This document shows positions 24,445 through 44,516 of a stretch of DNA of 64,000 nucleotides, piece after piece. The notes under the pieces were generated by a model. It had not been told where the DNA came from, made no database searches, and saw only the letters and a program-made list of their open reading frames with translations. A program made the translations under genes and the position numbers. Every line of letters begins with the position of its first letter. Position 1 is the first letter of the stretch. Source of the DNA: Macrostomum lignano (taxonomy: Eukaryota); assembly GCA_002269645.1 (NCBI GenBank), contig NIVC01001793.1, positions 62,001 to 126,000 on the forward strand. Reading direction: 5' to 3'.

Positions 24445-26522
24445 CACCTGAAGGCACCTACAGACCCTTCTACAGGAACTTACAGACCGTTCTACAGGCA
24501 CTAACAGACCCTTCTAGAGGCACCTACAAACCCTTCTTCAGGCACTTACAGACCGTTCTACAGGCACTAACAGACCCTTCTACAGGCACTTACAGACCGT
24601 TCTACAGGCACTAACAGACCCTTCTACAGGCACTAACAGACCATTCTACAGGCACTAACAAACACTTCTATAGGAACTTACAGATCCTTCTATAGGCACT
24701 AACAGACCCTTCTACAGGCACTTACAGACCCTTCTATAGGCACTAACAGACCCTTCTACAGGCACTTACAGACCCTTCTACAGGCCCTAACAAACACTTC
24801 TACAGGAACTTACAGATCCTTCTACAGGCACTAACAGACCCTTCTACAGGCCCTAACAAACACTTCTACAGGAACTTACAGATCCTTCTACAGGCACTAA
24901 CAGACCCTTCTACAGGCACTTACAGACCCTTCTATAGGCACTAACAGACCCTTCTACAGGCACTTACAGACCCTTCTACAGGCCCTAACAACCACTTCTA
25001 CAGGAACTTACAGATCCTTCTACAGGCACTAACAGACCCTTCTACAGGCCCTAACAAACACTTCTACAGGAACTTACAGATCCTTCTACAGGCACTAACA
25101 GACCCTTCTAGAGGCACCTACAAACCCTTCTTCAGGCACTTACAGACCCTTCTACAGGCACTTACAGACCCTTCTACAGGAACTTACAGACCGTTCTACA
25201 GGCACTAACAGACCCTTCTAGAGGCACCTACAAACCCTTCTTCAGGCACTTACAGACCGTTCTACAGGCACTAACAGACCCTTCTAGAGGCACCTACAAA
25301 CCCTTCTACAGGCACTTACAGACCCTTCTTCAGGCACTAACAGACCCTTCTACAGGCCCTAACAAACACTTCTACAGGCACTAACAGACCATTCTACAGG
25401 CACTAACAGACCCTTCTACAGGCCCTAACAAACACTTCTACAGGAACTTACAGACCCTTCTTCAGGCACTTACAGACCGTTCTACAGGCACTAACAGACC
25501 CTTCTAGAGGCACCTACAAACCCTTCTTCAGGCACTTACAGACCCTTCTACAGGCACTTACAGACCCTTCTACAGGCACTAACAGACCCTTCTACAGGCA
25601 CTAACAGACCCTTCTAGAGGCACCTACAAACCCTTCTACAGGCATCTACAGACCGTTCTACAGGCACTAACAGACCCTTCTAGAGGCACCTACAAACCCT
25701 TCTACAGGCACTTACAGACCCTTCTTCAGGCACTAACAGACCCTTCTACAGGCCCTAACAAACACTTCTACAGGCACTAACAGACCATTCTACAGGCACT
25801 AACAGACCCTTCTACAGGCCCTAACAAACACTTCTACAGGAACTTACAGACCCTTCTACAGGCACTAACAGACCCTTCTACAGGCACTAACAGACCATTC
25901 TACAGGCACTAACAGACCCTTCTACAGGCCCTAACAAACACTTCTACAGAAACTTACAGATCCTTCTATAGGCACTAACAGACCCTTCTACAGGCACTAA
26001 CAGACCATTCTACAGGCACTAACAGACCCTTCTACAGGCCCTAACAAACACTTCTACAGGAACTTACAGACCCTTCTACAGGCACTAACAGACCATTCTA
26101 CAGGCACTAACAGACCATTCTACAGGCACTAACAGACCCTTCTACAGGCCCTAACAAACACTTCTACAGGAACTTACAGACCCTTCTACAGGCACTAACA
26201 GACCATTCTACAGGCACTAACAGACCCTTCTACAGGCCCTAACAAACACTTCTACAGGAACTTACAGACCCTTCTACAGGCACTAACAGACCCTTCTACA
26301 GGCACTAACAGACCATTCTACAGGCACTAACAGACCCTTCTACAGGCCCTAACAAACACTTCTACAGAAACTTACAGATCCTTCTATAGGCACTAACAGA
26401 CCCTTCTACAGGCACTTACAGACCCTTCTTCAGGCACTAACAGACCCTTCTACAGGCCCTAACAAACACTTCTATAGGAACTTACAGATCTTTCTACAGG
26501 CACTTACAGACCATTCTACAGG
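24445..26522. repeat. ~2.1-kb 22-bp minisatellite (CAGACCCTTCTACAGGCACTAA) just downstream of the GALT stop
   Basis: Tandem units visible. Confidence 0.95.
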
Positions 26523-26553
26523 GTTAAACAGCCAATCCAGTCAGGTTAGACAG

Positions 26554-35162
<8,609 letters not shown>

Positions 35163-35224
35163 GAATTGATTGGCAGCGTTGATATGCAGTGTTCAGTGTC
35201 TTGGTCCCAGGGCAGTCTTCATCA

Positions 35225-36540
35225 GAGTCCCAGTCCATTAGAATCCCAGTTCAGGCTAGATTGCAATCCGTTAACCCGCCATTAGAATCCAAGTTAAGCC
35301 ATTAATTAGAATTCCGCACCAGCCTCCTTTAGAATCCCACTTCAGCCTCCAAAAGAATCCCATTCAGCACCCATTAGAATTCCACACCAGCCTCCGTTAG
35401 AATCCCACTTCAGCCTCCAAAAGAATCCCATTCAGCACCCAATAGAATTCCGCACCAGCCTCCTTTAGAATCCCACTTCAGCCTCCAAAAGAATCCCATT
35501 CAGCACCCATTAGAATTCCACACCAGCCTCGATTAGAATTCCACACCAGCCTCCACAAGAATCCCATTCAGCTCCTATTAGAATCCCACACCAGCCTCCA
35601 CAAGAATCCCATTCAGCACCTATTAGAATTCCACACCAGCCTCGATTAGAATTCCACACCAGCCTCCACAAGAATCCCATTCAGCTCCTATTAGAATCCC
35701 ACACCAGCCTCCACAAGAATCCCATTCAGCACCCATTAGAATTCCACACCAGCCTCGATTAGAATTCCACACCAGCCTCGATTAGAATTCCACACCAGCC
35801 TCGATTAGAACTCCACACCAGCCTCGATTAGAATTCCACACCAGCCTTGATTAGAATTCCACACCAGCCTTGATTAGAATTCCACACCAGCCTTGATTAG
35901 AATTCCACACCAGCCTCGATTAGAATTCCACACCAGCCTTGATTAGAATTCCACACCAGCCTCGATTAGAATTCCACACCAGCCTTGATTAGAATTCCAC
36001 ACCAGCCTCGATTAGAATTCCACACCAGCCTTGATTAGAATTCCACACCAGCCTCGATTAGAATTCCACACCAGCCTCGATTAGAATTCCACCTCAGCCT
36101 CCAAAAGTATCCCATTCAGCACCTATTGGAATCCACCTCAGCCTCCAAAAGTATCCCATTCAGCACCTATTGGAATCCACCTCAGCCTCCAAAAGTATCC
36201 CATTCAGCACCTATTGGAATCCACCTCAGCCTCCAAAAGAATCCCATTCAGCTCCTATTGGAATCCACCTCAGCCTCCAAAAGTATCCCATTCAGCACCT
36301 ATTGGAATCCACCTCAGCCTCCAAAAGAATCCCATTCAGCTCCTATTGGAATCCACCTCAGCCTCCAAAAGAATCCCATTCAGCTCCTATTGGAATCCAC
36401 CTCAGCCTCCAAAAGAATCCCATTCAGCACCTATTGGAATCCACCTCAGCCTCCAAAAGTATCCCATTCAGCTCCTATTGGAATCCACCTCAGCCTCCAA
36501 AAGAATCCCATTCAGCACCTATTGGAATCCACCTCAACCC
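35225..36540. repeat. Compound 23-bp / 44-bp minisatellite starting ~63 bp upstream of the GALT ATG
   Basis: Units AGAATTCCACACCAGCCTCGATT and ACCTATTGGAATCCACCTCAGCCTCCAAAAGTATCCCATTCAGC. Confidence 0.93.
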
Positions 36541-37857
36541 AGTCCGTGGTTCGATTTCGAGCGCAGCCGCATTAGTTATCAATTCACGCTGGAAGATGGA
36601 CTTAAAAGGCTACGAGATCTAGGCTAAGGACAGACAATCCCCGACAAACAGAGCAAGAGAATTACCAAATGACAGGTTCTAAAATAGCTAGAAAATAAGC
36701 TCGTAACACAAAGCATGCAGTTTCGGAATTGAATAAAAACACAATCAAATCAATGACAAAAGATCGAGGCCCGCATTTATTTTTTTGAATCTAAAATTGT
36801 ACTTCCTGTCTACAACAAAAGAAAGGCTGAGAAATGAGTTGCAATAAAATTACAGACCATGGGCACAGAGGGGGTGGGAAAAATCACTTCTTACAGATCA
36901 ATGGAAGCTAGCCTAATGCTGAATCCTCTCGGGCGGATAGGTGAATTTCTTCTACAAGAAGAGAAGAACCACGCAGATTGAAAACTAATATACAAATTTT
37001 AAAAAATAAATACGTTTTAATTTAAACGGATCTGCATCGAATATTATATACTACTACTATACTACTACTACTTAGTAGCGTGCTAATCAAAAAACACAAT
37101 ATGTTAGCGCAATTTTCTTTTTATAATTATAAAAAACTACGCAATACAAATTACCCGTAAAGAAAGTTAAGCCAAATAGTAGTATGTAATTTGATAATGA
37201 GTTATGAGCTTTAATAAATGATGACTAATTTTATTGCTTATTAAAAGTACACAACACTCGTACTCTTTGGGTTTCTAGACACTAAATCGATCGATAAAAA
37301 AATCTGTGAAATGAAAAGGCCACACACACTTATAGGACACAGTGCTATGCATAAGCATTACCTACTAGTATAAAGAGAAATATCAACATTTGTTACTAGC
37401 AGTAGCATGATAAGTAGCAGATGTTTTGGCCTACAACTCATCTCTAATTGGCAAGCATTCTCGGAAAAGTCTGTGTCAAAACCGATGCTCACTCACAACT
37501 AAATAGCATATTTTTTAAAAATAAAAGAAATTTGGGCCATTACTGCTACTGCAAATGAGTAGGATGATAAGCTTCTGTAGTATTTTATCACATGAAGGCG
37601 AATCTGATGTTAATATTTTATTTATAAAGCCACAGTAAAACCAGTGGATTATAACAAGTTTCATACTTCTTATGGATTATCAACGTCAGTGGAATAGGAT
37701 CATTCCAAGGTAACTACTTCATGTAGTATGTCTACTAACACTCTAGACAGCTCTGTATTATTCGATAAATAAATATTTACAACGCATTCTTGCCTATATA
37801 TTCAATGGGATATTTTTAATGTCAGTCTATAAGATGGGATAAATAATGATGAACTAA

Positions 37858-38975
37858 AACTGAAGATCTGGGAGGCTGGCCCCAGCAACTGAGGATCTGG
37901 GAGGCTGGCCCAGCAACTGAGGATCTGGGAGGCTGGCCCAGCAACTGAGGATCTGGGAGGCTGGCCCTAGCAAGTGAGGATCTGGGAGGCTGGCACAGTA
38001 ATTGAGGATCTGGGAGGCTGGCCCAGCAAGTGAGGATCTGGGAGGCTGGCCCAGTAACTGAGGATCTGGGAGGCTGGCCCAGTAATTGAGGATCTGGGAG
38101 GCTGGCCCAGTAACTGAGGATCTGAGAGGCTGGCCCAGTAATTGAGGATCTGGGAGGCTGGCCCAGTAACTGAGGATCTGAGAGGCTGGCCCAGTAACTG
38201 AGGATCTGAGAGGCTGGCCCTAGCAACTGAAGATCTGGGAGGCTGGCCCAGCAACTGAGAATCTGGGTAGCTGGCCCAGCAACTGAGGATCTGGGAGGCT
38301 GGCCCAGTAATTGAGGATCTGGGAGGCTGGCCTAGCAACTGAGGATCTGGGAGGCTGGCCCAGCAACTGAGGATCTGGGAGGCTGGCCCAGCAACTGAGG
38401 ATCTGGGAGGCTGGCCCAGCAACTGAGGATTTGGGTAGCTGGCCCAGCAACTGAGGATCTGGGAGGCTGGCCCAGTAATTGAGGATCTGGGAGGCTGGTC
38501 CAGCAAGTGAGGATCTGGGAGGCTGGCCCAGTAACTGAGGATCTGGGAGGCTGGCCCAGTAATTGAGGATCGGGGAGGTTGGCCCTAGCAACTGAGGATC
38601 TGGGAGTCTGGCCCAGTAATTGAGGATCTGGGAGGCTGGCCCAGCAAGTGAGGATCTGGGAGGCTGGCCCAGTAATTGAGGATCTGGGAGGCTGGCCCAG
38701 CAAGTGAGGATCTGGGAGGCTGGCCCAGTAACTGAGGATCTGGGAGGCTGGCCCAGTAATTGAGGATCGGGGTGGTTGGCCCTAGCAACTGAGGATCTGG
38801 GAGGCTGGCCCAGCAAGTGAGGATCTGGGAGGCTGGCCCAGCAAGTGAGGATCTGGGAGGCTGGCCCAGTAATTGAGGATCTGGGAGGCTGGCCCAGCAA
38901 CTGAGGATCGGGGAGGCTGGCCCAGCAACTGAGGATCGGGGAGGTTGGCCCAGCAACTGAGGATCTGGAAGGCTG
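37858..38975. repeat. 28-bp minisatellite (CTGAGGATCTGGGAGGCTGGCCCAGCAA) downstream of SLC25A42
   Basis: Tandem units; explains the overlapping minus-strand ORFs at 37822-39021. Confidence 0.95.
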
Positions 38976-39145
38976 GAGTAATTAAGTGAGCAAAGTTAGT
39001 GAGTAGACTGTTGTACAACACTCAACAAAACAGACATTTCACAAACAGACATAACACAACAAAACAGACAAGCCAATAACGGGATCAGTTTAGTGAGCAG
39101 TTCAAGCAAGCCAGGCTAGCAGAGGCAGCACGAAGCCAATGGCGC

Positions 39146-41016
39146 TCACTTGCCGCCTTGCTGGTCGCTAAACATTGGCGTTCTTCTCAGCAGCCACTGC
39201 ACCAGATCGAATGTTGCAAACGCGATGCCGTTAGCGATTGGCCCTTTGACGAAGTTCATTGACAAGCCTTTGTATAGGCCGTGCACTATGCCCTCGTGCT
39301 GGTAGGTGAGCCGCAGGCAGTGCCAGATGCCTTTGGTATACTCAGGATGGCCAGTCACCTGTTAATAGAAGGTATTATAATGCTAGAATAAGTCGGGAAG
39401 ACCACACTTGTGAATTCAGTTAAATGAGCTTAGCTGATTGGATCCATACAGCGGGTGAGGGGGCGGATCCATGCAGTGGGTAAGGGGGCGGATCCATGCA
39501 GCGGATAAGGGGGCGGATCCATGCAGTGGGAAAGGGGGCGGATCCATGCAGCGGATAAGGGGGCGGATCCATGCAGCGGGTGAGGGGGCGGATCCATGCA
39601 GTGGGAAAGGGGGCGGATCCATGCAGTGGGAAAGGGGGCGGATCCATGCAGTGGGTGAGGGGGCGGATCCATGCAGTGGGAAAGGGGACGAATGAGTAAA
39701 AAGCAGATCAGGGGGCGGATTCTTCTATTAGAGAAAGGGGGTTGTGTGCACCCCGGGGGTTGAAAGCGACATTGTCACACAACCGGCGAGAGGCATTACT
39801 ACCCATTCCGCCGACTCCCCTGAGCAGGCACACAAGCGCACGGATAGGACCGCAGTCATACGCACAGGCACACACTCACACAGGAGTGCACAGCGGCCCT
39901 AACTTTATTTTATCGTTAGGCATGTACACTTCACTGCGCCTTGGGGGTCTGGCCCTCAAGGGCGTTAATTGCACGAGCAGAGCCAAGCCGAGATTCCAAT
40001 TCAGTCCCAAATTAATGTGACTGTACTTGGAATCGAGCCTGGGCCCGGCACCACTGGGCTACGGCCCCACTGGAGTGGTGGATGGTGGTCAATTGCTGTG
40101 CGCGTCAGTAAAGAGCGGATCAGGGGGGGGGGGGGTGAAGTGTAGCAGACAAATCGCAGACAGAAATTCTCGCCTCCCCGATGCCCACCTGAGCGGTCTG
40201 CATCCGCCGCCGGACAATGTCCAACGGGTAGCTGCTAGTCTGGCCGAACAGGCCGGCCACTCCGCCGAACACGAACCTGGGCAGGGTGCCGGGGTCCTGT
40301 CCGGTCTGCCGTCTGTACCGCCGTTTCAAAGTCTCGTAGGTGTAAAACGAGGTGCCAGCGTAGGGCAGGGAGCCGGCTAAGGCCGGTGAGAAGCCGCGAT
40401 AGAGCGCCAGAGCGCCCTCTTGGCGCCAGATGCAGCGCAGAGCGTGGCCCAGATTCCTATAAGTATTAGACTTGGTGACCGCCATGCGAGCCCTGGCCAT
40501 GTCCAGCGGGTAGGTGCAGGTGACGGAGGTCACACCGGCCAGGCTACCGGACACGAACCGGCGCCAGTGGGCGGACTCAAATCGACCGCCGTCGACGTGG
40601 AGCAGCCGTTTATACTGCTCGTGAGAGGCGAACTGAACAGACGAATAGGGCACAATCCTGGCCAGGGTGGCTGTGTTGCCGCGCCACAATCTCAGCAGGC
40701 CTTCGCTTCTGTACGAGTCGCGCAGGAAGGCCAGACAGGCGCGCAAATTAAACCGGGTCTCGTGCGTCTGGAACCAGATCTTTGTCCGGTCTAGCGGCGC
40801 TATGGTGGTCTTGGCCGTGGCCCCGGCCACCGCGCCGGCCAGGAAGGAGGAAGTGAAAGCGCGAGAATGACTCAGGCCGCTAGATGTACCGGCCGATGAC
40901 GAGGAGGCTGGGGCGGGCGGATTGCTGGTGTCGGCGCCGGTCAGTGCGACGGCGCTAGCAGCGGGAGCGCCGCCGCCGGCTGCTGACGGGCCGGAAAAGG
41001 CCACAGACTCTGTCAT
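39146..41016 (-). CDS. SLC25A42: Mitochondrial coenzyme A transporter (SLC25 family), 346 aa; exons 41016-40189 and 39358-39146
   Basis: Three carrier signatures (PLDRTK, PLDMAR, PLDIVR); [25 protein letters not shown]; [21 protein letters not shown]. Phase-0 intron CAG|GTGGGC...TTAACAG|GTG gives QTAQ|VTGHP. Confidence 0.93.
39440..39690. repeat. 25-bp GGGGCGGATC-containing minisatellite in the SLC25A42 intron
   Basis: Unit GGGGGCGGATCCATGCAGTGGGAAA. Confidence 0.93.
39721..40068 (-). mobile_element. tRNA-derived SINE (head with internal deletion) in the SLC25A42 intron
   Basis: Minus strand GGGGCCGTAGCCCAGTGGT...GGCTCGATTCC; body collinear with 58791-59290; ends ctctaata. Confidence 0.75.
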
Positions 41017-41140
41017 GTGACCGGAAGTAGCTTTAGCATACGAGCGCGGAACTTATTCGCATGCAATTAATAATACGAAAAAGGATTAGTTCATGCACTA
41101 CCGATATGTATCGATTAAATAAAAACGAGTTTGACATATA

Positions 41141-41525
41141 GGTGGGGCGGATCAGTAAAGAGCGGATGATAGGGGCGGATCAGTAAACAGCGGAATACAG
41201 GGTGGGGCGGATCAGTAAAGAGTGGATAATAGGGGCGGATCAGTAAAGAGTGGATAATAGGGGCGGATCAGTAAAGAGTGGATAATAGGGGCGGATCAGT
41301 AAAGAGCGGATAATAGGGGCGGATCAGTAAAGAGTGGATAATAGGGGCGGATCAGTAAAGAGTGGATAATAGGGGCGGATCAGTAAAGAGTGGATAATAG
41401 GGGCGGATCAGTAAAGAGCGGATGTTTGGGGCGGATCGTAAACAGCGGATGAGATGAAAGGGGCGGATCAGTAAAGAGCGATGTTGGGGGCGGATCAGTA
41501 AACAGCGGATGATAGGGGCGGATAA
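41141..41525. repeat. 28-bp GC-box-containing minisatellite upstream of SLC25A42
   Basis: Unit AGTGGATAATAGGGGCGGATCAGTAAAG; begins ~125 bp upstream of the ATG. Confidence 0.93.
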
Positions 41526-42907
41526 GAGCTGATGATGAAAGACACTAGAGACAGAAGTCAAGATGGAAGGGTCAGACGTTAAGAAGTCAAAATGCTCACT
41601 GTTACAGCAAAATCAACTAAAAATGCTCAGAATAAAGGCACGACAATCTTCACTAATAGAACAGAAAGGCAGTGATAAATAGGAAGGTAGAAAAGCTAAA
41701 GCTCCTCCACTCGCTCCTCCCGTCCTACATCTTTTGAGTAGCTAAATTTAGCCAACCGACTGCGTCAGCATCAAGCTGCTCAAGGGAGGATTAAAGCGTG
41801 CAACACTGTCTAGTGCTCACTGACTGTATCAGCTGGCCTATTTCACCGCTACAAATCTAAAAGCCATCTACACATACGAATGCAATGCTTCCTGACTGAC
41901 TGTTTACTAAAACACAAAGAGTGCACAACGATTAATGGAAAGATAATTATAATATTTTATATTTATTAGAATACATACAAGCATACTAATAATAGGTTTG
42001 CGGTATTGCTACAGGTAAAGCAGCTTACTATAGTGTCATATAAATGAAAGCAGAAGACTGCACAGCTTGCGCTTTTGATTCAATTGGTCAATAGATATAC
42101 ACAATATTAACAGGTAAGCAGGCGGTGACACGGACACAAAGATTTCATATATTACAAGTACAAAACTACAAAGTACAAATTGACAAATATAGGCAGACGC
42201 CAGGTCAAGCGGAGGAGCCAACAAATACCTGTATATCCAGCAGACAGGCTAACCGGAATGGGCAATTTGAAATTCCCCAAAAATTCAATCATCTCTAGAC
42301 TAAATCCTACATAATCTACATTTGCTGCCTATGCATTCAACATACTGAATATAAACCCAGCTTCTTTATCTCTAAAAGTATCTCAGCTTGCTAGTCCTTA
42401 CAATCCTAATTATAAGGGAGCCGAGGCATAAAGCAGACAATTATATTTATAACAAGGGAATGTTTAAGGAACTTGACTTAGTCAAACTAAAACGAGGACA
42501 ACTAAAAAACGCTGCAGCATTCAAGACTGAGGATAAATGGACAAAATTAATATCACCATTGTTATTATTATTATTATCATAATTATTATCATATTCCGAG
42601 TACAGTAAACTCAGACACACTGGTTTCTTTAAAGAAAGGAAAGCTATAGCCATATGAAAATACTACTTTGAATTGCTTAGGAACAGGTCGCATACTACGT
42701 AAGCTATACACTGACTATAATTAAATTACGCATATTAACAAATATATGAGTTCATATACTAATTAGCAAAAGCGCAAATAATACATACAGTACACGGGCC
42801 AGCTTACATATAATCCTTAGCATTATTTGCAGCATCAATAAGCAAAATAAGCCTTTCAAAGCATTTCTGTTAAAAATAATTAACACTTTTTCGCAAGTTG
42901 ATGCTCT

Positions 42908-43615
42908 GTGAATTAGGGTGAGATTAGAGACCCATTGTCTGTGACATTAGGGATGAGATTAGAGACCCATTTTCTGTGACATTAGGGATGAGATTAGAGA
43001 CCCATTGTCTGTGACATTAGGGGTGAGATTAGAGACCCATTGTCTGTGACATTAGGGATGAGATTAGAGACCCATTTTCTGTGACATTAGGGATGAGATT
43101 AGAGACCCATTTTCTGTGACATTAGGGATGAGATTAGAGACCCATTGTCTGTGACATTAGGGGTGAGATTAGAGACCCATTTTCTGTGACATTAGGGATG
43201 AGATTAGAGACCCATTTTCTGTGACATTAGGGATGAGATTAGAGACCCATTGTCTGTGACATTAGGGGTGAGATTAGAGACCCATTTTCTGTGGCATTAG
43301 GGGTGAGACTAGAGACCCATTTTGTGACACCAGGGGTGAGATTAGAGACCCATTTTCTGTGGCATTAGGGGTGAGATTAGAGACCCATTTTCTGTGGCAT
43401 TAGGGGTGAGACTAGAGACCCATTTTGTGACACCAGGGGTGAGATTAGAGACCCATTTTCTGTGGCATTAGGGGTGAGATTAGAGACCCATTTTCTGTGA
43501 CATTAGGGGTGAGACTAGAGACCCATTTTCTGTGAAATTAGGGGTGAGATTAGAGACCCATTTTCTGTGACATTAGGGGAGATAAGAGACCGATTTTGTG
43601 ACACCAGAAATAAGA
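42908..43615. repeat. 35-bp minisatellite (ATTAGAGACCCATTGTCTGTGACATTAGGGATGAG)
   Basis: Tandem units visible. Confidence 0.95.
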
Positions 43616-44516
43616 TTAGAGACGAATATTCTGCGATCTTAAGATGATATTAAATGACGGTACCCAACACGGTAAAAGATTGGTTTTTTAAAGCTAAAAA
43701 AGTAGCTCTATTCGAATCTTCATAATGTTAAATGATCAAACGAGGAAAAGAAAGAGCAGGGCACCCGCCTAAGCATGCCTAAATATCTAGTAGAACAATG
43801 TACAGATTATCTTGTTCCCTCGCCATATACTAACTCTCTCTCACCGGCTAATCCCTAAAGTGGTTTATAAACAATGCATCAAGTGCCAGTATTACTATAC
43901 AAACAAGTTTACAAGACAGGGATATGAAAAGTTTATTCCAATACAACATAGGAAAATAGTTACTAACCAAGAATGATAGAAAAAAAGATTCTTGAAAAAA
44001 AAATTTGTTTAAATCTTTTCAGCTGTCAGAAGCAAAAATTCAAATTGGAGTACAATTAATGAACAGTGTTAGGCCTGGGAAGGTGCTGGCTGGACTCAAA
44101 TTGGAAAACCTGCACGGGCACGCAAAAGTGAGTGGAAATAGAGAAAGAAAAGGAGACAGGGCAGATCCAGCAAGCAGGTAAACAGCATAGATAACAGGGC
44201 GCACTCAGATAATAAAAGTATGTGCTGACTAGGGCTTGAATTTATTTAGCCAACACAGGCTTTTATTTGGCTTTGGTAAAGCTCCTCAAGTCTTTAGCGA
44301 CTAGCTATTCTCGGTCAGGTCAGGGGTATACAGTGTCATAATCTTCACCTTTAAAGTATGTCTTATTATATTTTCTAAGGACCCAATATACCACACCCGC
44401 GGTCACCATCATCGAACCGTTGTACACCCTGTGTGAGCGTCTGGTGAACAGGCCAATAGAGAATATCGTTGGGAAGGGGGTTCAGTTAAACGCTCTTCAA
44501 GACTTAAGTGAGATTC

